A DNA stretch of 64,000 nucleotides from Candidatus Latescibacterota bacterium (GCA_965222605.1 OZ244960.1:3168001-3232000), one strand, 5' to 3'; positions 1 through 10,525 are shown, counted from the stretch's first letter. Translations and numbers: made by a program. Notes: generated by a model from the sequence alone, not told the origin.

Positions 1-554
1 CTGTCGGCAACGCAGCATATTTTGCAGAGGTACTCGATGACGTTTCCAACCGCAACAAACGCCGTTTCCACCTTATTTCGAGCTGCCATAGCCAGTGGAC
101 CGCGCTGCGAGTAATAATACTTGCCGAATAGCCACTTTAGCTTGCGCTCCGCGACCGCTGGCGGATATAGGCTATAGCGATGCTTCAGTTCTTCAGCGGT
201 ACGTGAAGAACCGTAGAGAGTCCGCGAAGTGGCAACGACCCACATCATTTCATCTGGGTATGTCTCCAACCACGCCCGCAGATCCCCTTCATCATAAAAC
301 GACCAGTGGGCTTCAGAATCGCCTCGATCGACGAAGAGTTGCTGGCTTTGTTCATAAGTCCTCCGGTCTTCATCGGAAAGGCGCTGCTTATCGCCAATGA
401 TACACAGGTCGAGATCTGACCATGCATCGGCAAAGTTAGCAGCACGACTCCCAATCAACATGAGGACAGCACGTTCACCCATTTGTTGGCAAAAATCTAT
501 GGCACGATCAATGAACTGTTGATCTTCTGGACTGAAACGAATCTCTTCTCTCAT
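1..554 (-). CDS. Pol-beta-type nucleotidyltransferase domain protein (partial, runs off left edge; not in ORF track)
   Basis: Manual translation from ATG at 554 gives MREEIRFSPEDQQFIDRAIDFCQQMGERAVLMLIGSRAANFADAWSDLDLCIIG..., which has the hGS-x(n)-SDxD NTase motif. The frame stays open to position 1. Confidence 0.75.
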   Translation of the reverse strand, partial: MREEIRFSPEDQQFIDRAIDFCQQMGERAVLMLIGSRAANFADAWSDLDLCIIGDKQRLSDEDRRTYEQSQQLFVDRGDSEAHWSFYDEGDLRAWLETYPDEMMWVVATSRTLYGSSRTAEELKHRYSLYPPAVAERKLKWLFGKYYYSQRGPLAMAARNKVETAFVAVGNVIEYLCKICCVAD

Positions 555-633
555 TGCAGACATCTCCCTGACGAGTGTTGTCGAGATTATTCATGTTTAG
601 ACTGTATAGGTGAAAATTGTACGTCACGGCGTC

Positions 634-662
634 TTGCATATCGCGCGTGTGTTCGGTATACT
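634..662 (+). promoter_or_regulatory. Sigma70-like promoter of the GNAT-pdxH-pdxJ unit (near-leaderless)
   Basis: TTGCAT-17 bp-TATACT, with the ATG at 671 only 8 nt downstream and no SD sequence. Confidence 0.5.
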
Positions 663-670
663 TTACATTC

Positions 671-1204
671 ATGAAAATTGATATTCGCTCTCTTAAATCA
701 TCCGAGGTGTCTCGGCTTCAGTATTTGCCGTTTGGCCGGAAAGAAACGCATCGGCGGCGGTTTATGCTACAGAAATCTGGCAGGCTCATTTTTTTTGTGG
801 CGTGGTGGGACAATTTGCCGGTGGCGCAGGTGTTGCTCAATTGGGAAGGTGGCGATGCTTCTGGTGTGCCACCGCAAGTACGACCGTGGCCCGAGGTGTC
901 GTCGCTTTTTGTGCATCCAGATTATCGGCGAATGGGTATTGCTTCGCGGTTGTTAGACGTGTGTGAGCGGATCACATTTCAGCGGGGTTATGTGAATATT
1001 GGTCTGTGTGTTCATGTGGCGAATCAACCTGCGCTGAATTTATACGCTCGCCGCGGGTACAGAGATGCGGGATGGGATCCGTATTTGGCTCAGGGTGTTT
1101 ATATCGATCCCGATGGAGGGCAGAGTAACTGGAGAGAATTGCGTGTTTATTTGATTAAATCACTCAGGAAAAAAAATGAATCCAGATCCTTTTGTTCAGT
1201 TTGA
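671..1204 (+). CDS. GNAT family N-acetyltransferase
   Basis: Acetyl-CoA motif LFVHPDYRRMGIASRLL and NQPALNLYARRGY. Start moved to ATG 671. Confidence 0.85.
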   Translation: MKIDIRSLKSSEVSRLQYLPFGRKETHRRRFMLQKSGRLIFFVAWWDNLPVAQVLLNWEGGDASGVPPQVRPWPEVSSLFVHPDYRRMGIASRLLDVCERITFQRGYVNIGLCVHVANQPALNLYARRGYRDAGWDPYLAQGVYIDPDGGQSNWRELRVYLIKSLRKKNESRSFCSV

Positions 1205-1762
1205 TATGTGGTTTGAAGAGGCGAAAGCTTCAGAGTTGACACTGCCCGAAGCCGTGGCACTGGCAACGGCGACGAGCGATGGGCGGCCTTCGGTGCGTAT
1301 GGTGCTGGTGAAACAGTGCGATCGAGAGGGGTTTGTGTTTTTTACGAATCGCGAGAGTCGCAAGGTCGATGAATTGGCGGAGAATCCCAGAGCAGCCCTG
1401 CTATACCACTGGAAATCACTGGGCCGGCAGGTGCGTATTGAGGGGACGGTTGAGGCTGTCCCGGATGAGGTGTCCAGAGCGTATTTTGATTCTCGGCCCC
1501 GAGGTAGTCGCTTGAGTGCCTGGGCATCACCTCAAAGTAAAAAAATTCCCGATCGGGGATTTTTGGAAGATCGCGTGGCAGAATTGAGTCGGAAATATCC
1601 GGGAGACGATGTGCCGTTGCCGCATTTTTGGGGGGGCTATCGGGTGATTCCCGATCAGTTTGAATTTTGGGTGAATAGGGATGATCGGTTGCTGCCAACG
1701 ATCGGTTTTTGTATGTTTGGCAAGGTGATGGCGCGTGGAAGCGCGCTTTGCTGGCACCTTAG
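1176..1762 (+). pseudogene. pdxH: Pyridoxamine 5'-phosphate oxidase with a frameshift near 1691-1697 (real lesion or assembly error)
   Basis: Motifs LATA...PSVRMVLVK, FFTNRESRK, RQVRIEG and PHFWGGYRV..FEFW are present. The canonical tail (H)DRFLYVWQGDGAWKRALLAP* lies in another frame and ends at TAG 1760-1762. Confidence 0.85.
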
Positions 1763-1779
1763 GTATGAGGAGGATGGGA

Positions 1780-2502
1780 ATGACCAAACTCAGTGTAAAT
1801 TTGAATCGGGTGGCGCTGTTGCGGAATAGTAGGCCGCTTACAATGCCAAGTGTGACAAAGGCGGCGCAGGTGTGTATTGATGCGGGGGCGCATGGGATTA
1901 CGGTGCATCCCCGGCCCGATGAGCGGCATATTCGCAAGACTGATGTTTATGAGCTGAAAGAAATGATTTCGGGGGTGGAGTACAATATTGAAGGCAATCC
2001 CTTTCCCGATTTTATGGATATGGTGCGGGATGTGAAGCCAGACCAGTGTACGCTGGTGCCCGATGAACCCGATCAGAGTACGTCCGATCACGGTTGGGAT
2101 TTGAGGCGGGATGGGGAGAGGCTTGAGCCGATTATTGCTGAATTGAAAGATCTGGGCATCCGGGTTTCTTTGTTTATGGATCCGGTGCCGGAGGATATGG
2201 TTCTCGCAAAGGCTCTGGATGCGGATCGCGTTGAACTTTATACGGAGTCTTATGCTTCCGCATTTGAAGGGGGCAATGTGGGGCCTGTTTTTCGACAATA
2301 CGCGGATTCGGCTCGCGCGGCACAGGATGTCGGGCTGGGGGTTAATGCCGGGCACGATCTCAATCTCGATAATTTGGGGGAGTTTGTGACGATTCCCGGT
2401 ATTCTCGAGGTGTCTATTGGTCACGCGCTGATCGCAGATACTGTTTTTATGGGGTTGGAGAATACGGTGAAGGCGTATTTGAAGGTGTTGGGGTATGGGT
2501 GA
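1780..2502 (+). CDS. pdxJ: Pyridoxine 5'-phosphate synthase
   Basis: MTKLSVNLNRVALLRNSR, GITVHPRPDERHI, NAGHDLN and EVSIGHALI. GAGGAGG RBS before ATG 1780. Confidence 0.95.
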   Translation: MTKLSVNLNRVALLRNSRPLTMPSVTKAAQVCIDAGAHGITVHPRPDERHIRKTDVYELKEMISGVEYNIEGNPFPDFMDMVRDVKPDQCTLVPDEPDQSTSDHGWDLRRDGERLEPIIAELKDLGIRVSLFMDPVPEDMVLAKALDADRVELYTESYASAFEGGNVGPVFRQYADSARAAQDVGLGVNAGHDLNLDNLGEFVTIPGILEVSIGHALIADTVFMGLENTVKAYLKVLGYG

Positions 2503-2512
2503 GTGCTAATAA

Positions 2513-2541
2513 TTGACAAAGTGTTTTTATTTATGTATTAT
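2513..2541 (+). promoter_or_regulatory. Sigma70 promoter of tig-clpP-clpX
   Basis: TTGACA-17 bp-TATTAT upstream of tig. Confidence 0.6.
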
Positions 2542-2595
2542 TGCGAGTTGCTGATTAGTGAGTGAAGTATTATAAAGAAAGGATTACCCAACGCT

Positions 2596-3966
2596 ATGAA
2601 TGTGCAGGTGACCGAGTCGGGGCCGTGGCGTCGAACCTTAGAGATTGAGGCCCCGGCCGAAGACGTGGATAAGCGTCTCGATGACGCTTACAAAAAATAC
2701 AGCAAGACCCTCAATTTGCCGGGATTTCGCAAGGGTAAAGTTCCCCTGAGCGTTATCAAACGGCAATTTGGGCCGGCCATTCAGGGCGAGGTTGTCCAGG
2801 AGATGGTCGAGGAATTTTATCGGGAAGCCAGTGAAGCCGAGGGCATTCAACCCGTTTCTCAGGCGAGTATTGACGATATCAATTTTGAAGAGGGACAGCC
2901 TCTGGTGTTCAAGGCTTCTGTTGATATCCGCCCGGAGATAACTGTCGAGACCTATAAGGGGTTGAGGGTGACGCGGCCTGTGTTTGCGGTTGAAGACGAG
3001 CATGTTGATGGTCGGCTGCGGTATATGCAAGAGGAGAGTGCTACCGAGCAAGTCGTCGAGCGCGTTGCCGATCTTGACGATGTGGTTTTTGCCGATGTGG
3101 AAGAACTCGATGAGGACGGCAGTCCAGTGGCCGATCACAGGTCAGAAGATCAATCGATTCGGCTGTTTAAGACGGAAGACGACAAGCCGACGGAATTGGC
3201 AAAACAATTGATGGGTATTTCGGCCGGTGAAACCCGTGAGATTACTATTACGCGGCCTGTTCAGGATGAGCACGACCACGGGGATCACGAGGGTCACGAT
3301 CATGAGGAGCATGAAGGTCACGATCACGATGATCACGAGGATCACGACGAAGAACCCAAAGAAGAAACCGTGATGTTCCGCGTGACGGCCAAAGAAATAC
3401 GCGAGCGCGAGTTGTCCGAATTGAACGATGAATTGGCGCAGGATGTTGGCGGCGTGGAGACTTTGGACGAACTCAAAACGCAAATTCGCAATGAAATGCA
3501 GGCGCAGTACGATCATGCTATTCGCCAACGCGTTGAGGAAGGTTTGATGGATGCGCTAATTGAGGGGAATCCTTTTGAGGTTCCCGATAGCATGGTCGAA
3601 ACCTATCTCGAGGGTATGATCGAGTCGTATAAGCGAGAACACGCTGGTCACGATCATGGGATTGACGAAGATGCGATTCGCGAAAGTGGACGCGATCAAG
3701 CCGAACGCGGTGTCAAACGCTTTTTGTTGCTGGATGCTGTTGCAGATCAGGAAAATATTGAAGTGACGGATGAAGATCTGGACAAACATCTCGGAGAGAT
3801 GTCGCAACGGCACAATATTGAAGGACCGCGTCTGCGTCAAATTTTGAGTCGGACGGAGCAACTCGAGCAGATTCAGTCGGATATTAAAACTCAGAAGACT
3901 TTTGATTTTCTCATCGATAACGCAGATATTGAAGAGATTGAGGAAGTTGAATCAGATGGTGGATGA
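2596..3966 (+). CDS. tig: Trigger factor with a His/acid-rich insertion
   Basis: Ribosome-binding signature PGFRKGKVP and the tig-clpP-clpX gene order. Confidence 0.93.
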   Translation: MNVQVTESGPWRRTLEIEAPAEDVDKRLDDAYKKYSKTLNLPGFRKGKVPLSVIKRQFGPAIQGEVVQEMVEEFYREASEAEGIQPVSQASIDDINFEEGQPLVFKASVDIRPEITVETYKGLRVTRPVFAVEDEHVDGRLRYMQEESATEQVVERVADLDDVVFADVEELDEDGSPVADHRSEDQSIRLFKTEDDKPTELAKQLMGISAGETREITITRPVQDEHDHGDHEGHDHEEHEGHDHDDHEDHDEEPKEETVMFRVTAKEIRERELSELNDELAQDVGGVETLDELKTQIRNEMQAQYDHAIRQRVEEGLMDALIEGNPFEVPDSMVETYLEGMIESYKREHAGHDHGIDEDAIRESGRDQAERGVKRFLLLDAVADQENIEVTDEDLDKHLGEMSQRHNIEGPRLRQILSRTEQLEQIQSDIKTQKTFDFLIDNADIEEIEEVESDGG

Positions 3967-4011
3967 CGGAAGAGGCGGATTTTACATTTAAATAACAAAA
4001 TGGGGTTTGAT

Positions 4012-4629
4012 GTGGCACTGGTTCCTACAGTTCTTGAACAAACAGGGCGTGGTGAGCGCGCTTATGACATTTTTTCGCGGCTGTTGCGCGATAATATTAT
4101 TTTTATTGGAACGCCGATCAACGATACGATTGCCAATCTGGTGATTGCTCAGATGTTGTTTTGCACATCTGAAACACCTGAGAAACCGATTCGGCTGTAT
4201 ATCAATTCTCCCGGCGGTAGTATTACGGCGGGTTTGGCGATTTACGATACGATGCAATACGTGCCCAACGATGTTGAAACGGTTTGTGTGGGTCAGGCTT
4301 TTTCACTGGGCGCAGTGCTTCTTGCAGGAGGTACGAAGGGGCAGCGCCGCGCATTGCCAAATTCGCGCATTTTGTTGCATCAACCCATTGGTGGTGCAGG
4401 CGGTCAGGCTTCGGATATCGAACGACACGCCGAAGAAATTTTGCAATATCGCGACCGTTTGAATGCCATTTTATCCGAATGTACAGGTCAGGATATTGAG
4501 CGCATAGAAAAGGATGCAGACCGCGATTTCTTTATGTCGGCTGAAGAGGCAAAGAACTATGGCCTGCTTGACGAAGTGCTCCTTCCCGATCAAGATCCCA
4601 AACCCGATATCGACGAAGCCTTGTCATAA
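4012..4629 (+). CDS. clpP: ATP-dependent Clp protease proteolytic subunit
   Basis: [15 protein letters not shown], catalytic Ser (QAFSLGA), His (LHQP) and Asp (DRD). Likely GTG start at 4012, alternative ATG at 4000. Confidence 0.97.
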   Translation: MALVPTVLEQTGRGERAYDIFSRLLRDNIIFIGTPINDTIANLVIAQMLFCTSETPEKPIRLYINSPGGSITAGLAIYDTMQYVPNDVETVCVGQAFSLGAVLLAGGTKGQRRALPNSRILLHQPIGGAGGQASDIERHAEEILQYRDRLNAILSECTGQDIERIEKDADRDFFMSAEEAKNYGLLDEVLLPDQDPKPDIDEALS

Positions 4630-4642
4630 GAGGTAGGGTGCT

Positions 4643-5890
4643 ATGAAACGACGGACTTCCAGAGCAGAAATTCGCTGTTCTTTTTGTGGCAAGAGTGCCG
4701 ATCAGGTCGATAAGATCGTCACTGGCCCGAGCGTGAATATTTGCAGTGAGTGTATCAAGCTCTGCAATGAAGTTTTGCGAGAAGACGATCTCAAAAAGCC
4801 CGTGACGCTTCACAAAGGGTTGCCCAAGCCGCAAGAGATTAAGGACCGTCTCGACGATTATGTGATTGGTCAAGAGCGCGCCAAGCGCGTTCTTTCGGTT
4901 GCGGTATATAATCATTATAAGCGCATTCGGTCCAATCAGTCTGCGGACGATGTAGAGCTCGATAAGAGCAATATTTTGCTTATAGGGCCTACGGGTACTG
5001 GCAAGACGCTTTTGGCGCAAACGCTGGCGCGTATTTTACAGGTTCCATTTTCGATTGCCGATGCCACTATTTTGACTGAAGCGGGATATGTTGGTGAAGA
5101 TGTTGAGAATATCCTGGTGCGCCTGCTTCAGGCGGCGGACTACGATGTGGCGCAAGCCGAGATGGGTATTTTGTATTTGGACGAGGTCGATAAAATTTCT
5201 CGAAAATCGGCCAATCCATCTATTACGCGCGATGTGTCTGGGGAGGGTGTTCAGCAGGCGTTGTTGAAAATTTTGGAAGGCACGGTGGCGAGTATTCCGC
5301 CCAAAGGGGGGCGCAAGCATCCCGAACAACCGCTGATTCAGCTCAATACGAAAAATATTTTGTTTATTTGTGGCGGTGCCTTTGATGGCCTGGAAAGCGT
5401 TATTAGCACCCGCATCGGCAAGAAGACCATTGGTTTTGGGTCCGATTCGACCGATTTGGATGAGCAAAATGTCGGTGAGATTTTCCAGCATGCCGAGCCA
5501 GAAGATTTGATCAAATACGGTCTGATTCCAGAACTGGTTGGGCGAATGCCCGTGATGTGTGCGTTGGGCAATCTGGACGAAACTGAATTGTTGCAGATTT
5601 TGACTGAACCGCAAAATGCAATTACCAAGCAATATCACAAGTTGTTTGAACTCGATGGGGTTGAGCTGACGTTTGAGGATGACGCGTTGCGCGAGGTTGT
5701 TCTCATTACTCAGGAAAAGGGTACAGGTGCGCGTGGGTTGCGGTCGGTTCTCGAAGCCATTATGACGGATTTGATGTACGATATCCCATCCGATGAGGAT
5801 ATGACCGAGGTCACGGTGACCTGCGATATGGTTCAAAACCGCAACAAGCCGCGTATTGAAGTTCTCGAATCGACACAAAAACGCGCTTAA
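4643..5890 (+). CDS. clpX: ATP-dependent Clp protease ATP-binding subunit
   Basis: CSFCGK zinc finger, [34 protein letters not shown] and an IGF loop. Confidence 0.98.
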   Translation: MKRRTSRAEIRCSFCGKSADQVDKIVTGPSVNICSECIKLCNEVLREDDLKKPVTLHKGLPKPQEIKDRLDDYVIGQERAKRVLSVAVYNHYKRIRSNQSADDVELDKSNILLIGPTGTGKTLLAQTLARILQVPFSIADATILTEAGYVGEDVENILVRLLQAADYDVAQAEMGILYLDEVDKISRKSANPSITRDVSGEGVQQALLKILEGTVASIPPKGGRKHPEQPLIQLNTKNILFICGGAFDGLESVISTRIGKKTIGFGSDSTDLDEQNVGEIFQHAEPEDLIKYGLIPELVGRMPVMCALGNLDETELLQILTEPQNAITKQYHKLFELDGVELTFEDDALREVVLITQEKGTGARGLRSVLEAIMTDLMYDIPSDEDMTEVTVTCDMVQNRNKPRIEVLESTQKRA

Positions 5891-5914
5891 AAAGATAGAT
5901 ATTTCCCAAAGATG

Positions 5915-5946
5915 GGGAACCGGGGCCGAATTGGACCCCGGTTTTC
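5915..5946 (+). terminator. Stem-loop after clpX
   Basis: GGGAACCGGGG...CCCCGGTTTTC inverted repeat followed by a T-rich stretch. Confidence 0.55.
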
Positions 5947-5965
5947 GTTTGTGTGAAAGCTAATC

Positions 5966-6553
5966 ATGCGATTCCATTCTGCCGAATTTGTTACGAGTGT
6001 TGGTTTTTTGAGGCAGTTGCCCCGCGATGAGATGGCCGAGATTGCATTTGCAGGGCGTTCCAATGTGGGCAAGTCGTCGTTGCTCAATCGGCTGTTTAAC
6101 CGACGAAATCTGGCGAAGACCAGTGGCACGCCCGGCAAGACGCGAACCTTGAATTTTTACCGCGTAAACCAGGCGTATTATTTTGTCGATTTGCCCGGTT
6201 ATGGCTATACAAAGCGCAGTTGGCAAGAGCGCCAGGCGTGGGGGCAGTTGATTGAGGGGTATGTGCAGGATCGGCCTTCGATCAGGGGATTTGTTCAGTT
6301 GATCGATGCAAGGCACGATCCAAGCCGAGAGGATTTGCAGATGGTCGATTGGTTGGTACACGGCAAAAAGCCGTTTTTGGTGGTTGCCACCAAGGCCGAT
6401 AAGTTGTCTGGTCATAAACTCAAGAATCGATTGGATCAAACGCGCCGCATGCTCGCTTTGCACGGTGATTTTGAACTCATGCCATTTTCCGCTACGACGG
6501 GTCGCGGCAAGGACGCGGTTTGGCGATGGATTGGAGAGGTGCTGAATGCTTGA
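5966..6553 (+). CDS. engB: Ribosome biogenesis GTPase YihA/YsxC
   Basis: GRSNVGKSSLLN, TPGKT, VDLPGYG and TKADK; located after clpX. Confidence 0.95.
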   Translation: MRFHSAEFVTSVGFLRQLPRDEMAEIAFAGRSNVGKSSLLNRLFNRRNLAKTSGTPGKTRTLNFYRVNQAYYFVDLPGYGYTKRSWQERQAWGQLIEGYVQDRPSIRGFVQLIDARHDPSREDLQMVDWLVHGKKPFLVVATKADKLSGHKLKNRLDQTRRMLALHGDFELMPFSATTGRGKDAVWRWIGEVLNA

Positions 6554-7646
6554 CTATCGGGTAAAAAATGCCGGGGAGATCCCCACGCCTGCGCTGTTGG
6601 TTTACAAGGAGGCGGTGGCGCATAATATTCGCGCGATTGGGGATATGATGGGTGGGTATGCGCGGTTGCGTCCGCATATTAAGACGCATAAGATGTCGCA
6701 GATTGCGCGTATGGAGATGGGTGAGGGGATTGATAAGTTTAAGTGTGCAACGCCCAAAGAGGCGGCGATGCTCGCTGCGATTGGTGCGACCGATGTGTTG
6801 ATCTCGTATCATATCGTGGGGGCAAATATCGGGCGCGTGGTGGATTTGAAGCGGTTGTATCCCGATGTCAATTTGAAAATTATTGCGGATGATGCGGATA
6901 ATATTCAGGCGTTATCCGATGCTTGCACTTCGGCGGATGTGAGTCTGGGTGTTATGGTGGATGTCAATACGGGGATGAATCGCACGGGGGCATTGCCCGG
7001 TGCGCCTTCATTGGCTCTGGCGCGGCAGATTGCACAATCGCCGGGGTTGTTCTTTGCGGGGTTGCACGTGTATGATGGGCATGTGGGTGATTTCGATGGG
7101 GATATGCGTCAGAAGATGGCGTTTGAGTCGATTGATCGGGCTGTTGAGACCCGGTGCCTGATAGAACGGTCTGGTTTTGAGGTTGAGAAAATGGTGGCTT
7201 CGGGGTCGCCGGGTTTTGAGCATACGCAACGGGTGGATGGGGTGGATGAGGTTTCGCCCGGTACGTGGATTTTTTGGGATATTGGGTATAGTGACAAGCT
7301 GCAGAGTCCCTTTCAATGGGCAGCACTGGTTTTGTCCAGTGTGATTAGTACGACTGCTGACAATCTGATCACGATGGACGCGGGGAGTAAGGCGATTGCG
7401 CCCGATACGCCTGCGCCCCATTTTCGAGCGATGGGGTTGCCAGATGATATTGCGTTTGTGCGGCGCAATGAAGAACACCAGTTGTTGTGTGTGCCGGAGG
7501 GCACACCGCGACCGCGTGTGGGCGATCAATTTTATCTGGTGCCGCGCCATGTGTGTACGACCGTGAATTTGTGGGATGAGGTGTGCGTGATTGATGAAAA
7601 CGGGATGTTTGTAGAGACATGGGCCGTGGATGCGAGAGGACATTGA
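6546..7646 (+). CDS. Fold-type III PLP enzyme, D-threonine aldolase/DSD1 family
   Basis: TPALLV, RPHIKTHK (PLP lysine), MNRTG, YDGH, NEEH and the C-terminal metal motif PRHVCTTVN. Confidence 0.88.
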   Translation: MLDYRVKNAGEIPTPALLVYKEAVAHNIRAIGDMMGGYARLRPHIKTHKMSQIARMEMGEGIDKFKCATPKEAAMLAAIGATDVLISYHIVGANIGRVVDLKRLYPDVNLKIIADDADNIQALSDACTSADVSLGVMVDVNTGMNRTGALPGAPSLALARQIAQSPGLFFAGLHVYDGHVGDFDGDMRQKMAFESIDRAVETRCLIERSGFEVEKMVASGSPGFEHTQRVDGVDEVSPGTWIFWDIGYSDKLQSPFQWAALVLSSVISTTADNLITMDAGSKAIAPDTPAPHFRAMGLPDDIAFVRRNEEHQLLCVPEGTPRPRVGDQFYLVPRHVCTTVNLWDEVCVIDENGMFVETWAVDARGH

Positions 7647-9233
7647 GTGAAAAAGGAAAAGGTTCTGATCGGCGATTCTCTGGCTGATGGCTGGCAGGAT
7701 GTTTTTGCTTCTTCAGGTATAGAAGTCGATGTGAATACGGGTCTGTCTGAAGATGAATTGTGTGAGATTATTGGCGATTATGCCGGGCTGATTGTGCGCA
7801 GTGCAACGGGGGTTACGCGACGGGTGGTTGAGGCGGGTGTGAATCTTCGCGCGGTTGGTCGGGCTGGTGCTGGTGTGGATAATATCGATGTGGAAGCGGC
7901 CACTGAGCGGGGGATTGTGGTGATGAATGCACCGGGCGGCAATACGATTTCTGCCGCCGAATACGCGATGGCTATGATGATGGCGCTATCGCGCAATATC
8001 CCCCAGGCGACGGCATCGCTTAAAGCTGGCGAATGGGAACGCGGCAAATATACAGGTGTTGAATTATACGGCAAAATTTTGGGTATTATTGGCGTGGGGC
8101 GCGTTGGTCAGCAGGTGGCACGACGTGCCCATGCGTTTGGCATGACGTTGTTGGGTGCCGATCCTTTTTTGTCGGATGATCTGGCGCGGCAGTTGCATAT
8201 CCAGCAGGCTTCTTACGACGAGATTTTTGCCAGATCGGATTATATTTCGCTGCACGCAGCGTTTACGGATCAGACCCATCATCTCATTTCTGCATCGGCG
8301 CTTGCAAGGTGCAAGGATGGGGTGCGTATTATCAATTGCGCCCGGGGTGAGTTGGTGGATGAGGAAGCACTTGCCGAGGCGATTGAAATGGGGAAGGTGG
8401 CTGGGGCTGCATTGGATGTGTTTGACGAAGAACCGCCTTCGGCTGATCATCCGCTGATTAAAAGGTTAGAAGTGGTTTCTACGCCGCATCTGGGGGCTTC
8501 GACATTTGAGGCGCAGGAAAATGTGGCGCGGCAGATTGCCGTGGATTTGCGCGATGCACTGCAGGGTAAGCCGGTTCAAAGTGCCATCAATTTACCGCCG
8601 ATTGATCCCGAGTATTTCGATGCGATCAGCCCTTATTTGTCGTTGGCAGAAAAGGTGGGGTCGCTACACGCGCAACTTATGGGTGGGCATTTGCACAAGG
8701 TGGTTAATCGATATCAGGGTGTGATTCAGGAGTATGCTACGGCGCCGCTTTCGGCTGCGGTTTTGAAAGGTATTTTTGGTTATCAGGCTGAGGAGCCGGT
8801 GACGCTGGTCAACGCGCCTTTATGGGCTAAGGCGCGCAGTATTCGGGTTGAAGAGTCCAAGAGCAGTCACGCGGATTATAATAATTTGATTACGATAGAT
8901 GTCGAGACTTCGGAAGAGACGACGTCGATTTCGGCGACGGTTTTTGGGCGCCGGGATTTGCGATTGGTTCGCATAGATGATATTGAGGTGAAGGCCAAGC
9001 TCGAGGGGAATATGATTGTTTTGGGCAATCGAGATGTGCCCGGCGTGGTGGGGCATATGGGCAATTTGTTTGCTGCAAATGGGATCAATATTTCCGATAT
9101 GGCACTGGGACGCAGGAGCCAGGGCGGCGAGGCGATTATGGTTTTTAATATCGATACGCCGGTGCAGGATACGGTGATGGCCGATATTGTGTCTCAAGAG
9201 TTTGTGAACTGGGTTAAGCAGGTGAAGTTGTAA
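7647..9233 (+). CDS. serA: D-3-phosphoglycerate dehydrogenase (type I, ASB and ACT domains)
   Basis: RAGAGVDNID, GVGRVG, NCARG, LDVF..EP, TPHLGAST and a C-terminal ACT domain (NRDVPGVVG). Confidence 0.95.
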   Translation: MKKEKVLIGDSLADGWQDVFASSGIEVDVNTGLSEDELCEIIGDYAGLIVRSATGVTRRVVEAGVNLRAVGRAGAGVDNIDVEAATERGIVVMNAPGGNTISAAEYAMAMMMALSRNIPQATASLKAGEWERGKYTGVELYGKILGIIGVGRVGQQVARRAHAFGMTLLGADPFLSDDLARQLHIQQASYDEIFARSDYISLHAAFTDQTHHLISASALARCKDGVRIINCARGELVDEEALAEAIEMGKVAGAALDVFDEEPPSADHPLIKRLEVVSTPHLGASTFEAQENVARQIAVDLRDALQGKPVQSAINLPPIDPEYFDAISPYLSLAEKVGSLHAQLMGGHLHKVVNRYQGVIQEYATAPLSAAVLKGIFGYQAEEPVTLVNAPLWAKARSIRVEESKSSHADYNNLITIDVETSEETTSISATVFGRRDLRLVRIDDIEVKAKLEGNMIVLGNRDVPGVVGHMGNLFAANGINISDMALGRRSQGGEAIMVFNIDTPVQDTVMADIVSQEFVNWVKQVKL

Positions 9234-9247
9234 AAAAAGGAAAAAAA

Positions 9248-10525
9248 ATGTCTGTTTCAGCAATTGTAGGTGCAAATTGGGGTGATGAAGGTAAGGGCAA
9301 GATGACGGATGTTCTGGCGCGGGATTCCGATTTTGTCATTCGGTTTCAGGGTGGCAATAATGCCGGGCATACGATTATTAATGAGTATGGGAAATTTGCC
9401 CTTCACCTTTTGCCTTCGGGTGTGTTTTATCCGCATACGACGAATATTCTCGGCACGGGGATCGCGTTGAATATTCCGGCATTTTTGAGTGAGTTGGATG
9501 ATCTCATCGCCCGCGGGGTTCCGAAACCGAATCTGTGTATATCCGAGCGCGCACAGGTGGTGCTTCCCTATCATCTTCTTATGGATGAATATGAGGAAGA
9601 GCGGTTGGGGGATCGAAAATACGGTTCGACGAAGTCTGGTATTGCGCCGTTTTATTCGGATAAGTATTTGAAGGTGGGGGTTCAGGTGGCGGATTTGTTT
9701 GATGAGGGCCGGTTGCGCGATCGCGTCGCGCGCGCTCTGGAGGTAAAAAATGTGCTTTTCGAGCATTTGTATCACAAGCCGGTTATGTCTCTGGAGCAGG
9801 TTGTGCCGGATTTGATGGCGTACGGAGAGCAGATTGAGTCTTATGTTTGCGATACGTCATTGCTGCTTCACAATGCGTTGAAAGAGAAGAAGAAGATTCT
9901 CGTGGAGGGGCAATTGGGGGCTTTGCGCGATCCCGATCACGGTATTTATCCCTATCCCACGTCTTCTTCTACTTTGGCGGGTTTTGCGTCGATTGGAGCG
10001 GGGATTCCGCCTTATTCGATTACGCAAGTTGTCGCTGTTGCAAAGGCGTATTCTTCTTGTGTGGGGGCTGGGCCTTTTGTTTCTGAGATTTTTGATGGGG
10101 AGGCGGATGAGCTTCGCGAGAGGGGCGGCGATGCAGGGGAATACGGTGCGACAACGGGACGACCCCGTCGAATGGGGTGGTTTGACGCTGTTGCAACGCG
10201 CTATGGGTGTCGCATGCAAGGGGCGACAGCGGTTGCGTTGACGCTGCTCGATGTGCTGGGTTATCTCGATGAGATTCCAGTTTGTACAGCTTATGAGATT
10301 GATGGCGAGGAAACAGAGGTGTTTCCAGTTCCTGCGCTTATAGACCGGGCGACACCTGTTTTGGAGAAATTGCCGGGATGGAAAACAGATATTTCATCGG
10401 TGCGTCGGTTTTCTGATCTGCCGACTAATGCACAGAGTTATGTCGAGCATATTGAGGAGTGGCTCGAGGTTCCGGTGAAGTGGATTTCCGTTGGGCCAAG
10501 GCGGGAAGATATTATTGAGTTGTGA
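9248..10525 (+). CDS. purA: Adenylosuccinate synthetase
   Basis: WGDEGKGK, RFQGGNNAGHT and EYGATTGRPRR. Confidence 0.97.
   Translation: MSVSAIVGANWGDEGKGKMTDVLARDSDFVIRFQGGNNAGHTIINEYGKFALHLLPSGVFYPHTTNILGTGIALNIPAFLSELDDLIARGVPKPNLCISERAQVVLPYHLLMDEYEEERLGDRKYGSTKSGIAPFYSDKYLKVGVQVADLFDEGRLRDRVARALEVKNVLFEHLYHKPVMSLEQVVPDLMAYGEQIESYVCDTSLLLHNALKEKKKILVEGQLGALRDPDHGIYPYPTSSSTLAGFASIGAGIPPYSITQVVAVAKAYSSCVGAGPFVSEIFDGEADELRERGGDAGEYGATTGRPRRMGWFDAVATRYGCRMQGATAVALTLLDVLGYLDEIPVCTAYEIDGEETEVFPVPALIDRATPVLEKLPGWKTDISSVRRFSDLPTNAQSYVEHIEEWLEVPVKWISVGPRREDIIEL

Noticed and set aside
1685-1700. Programmed ribosomal frameshift in pdxH
   Set aside because: There is no slippery heptamer at the junction, and shifting frame would not restore the conserved His.
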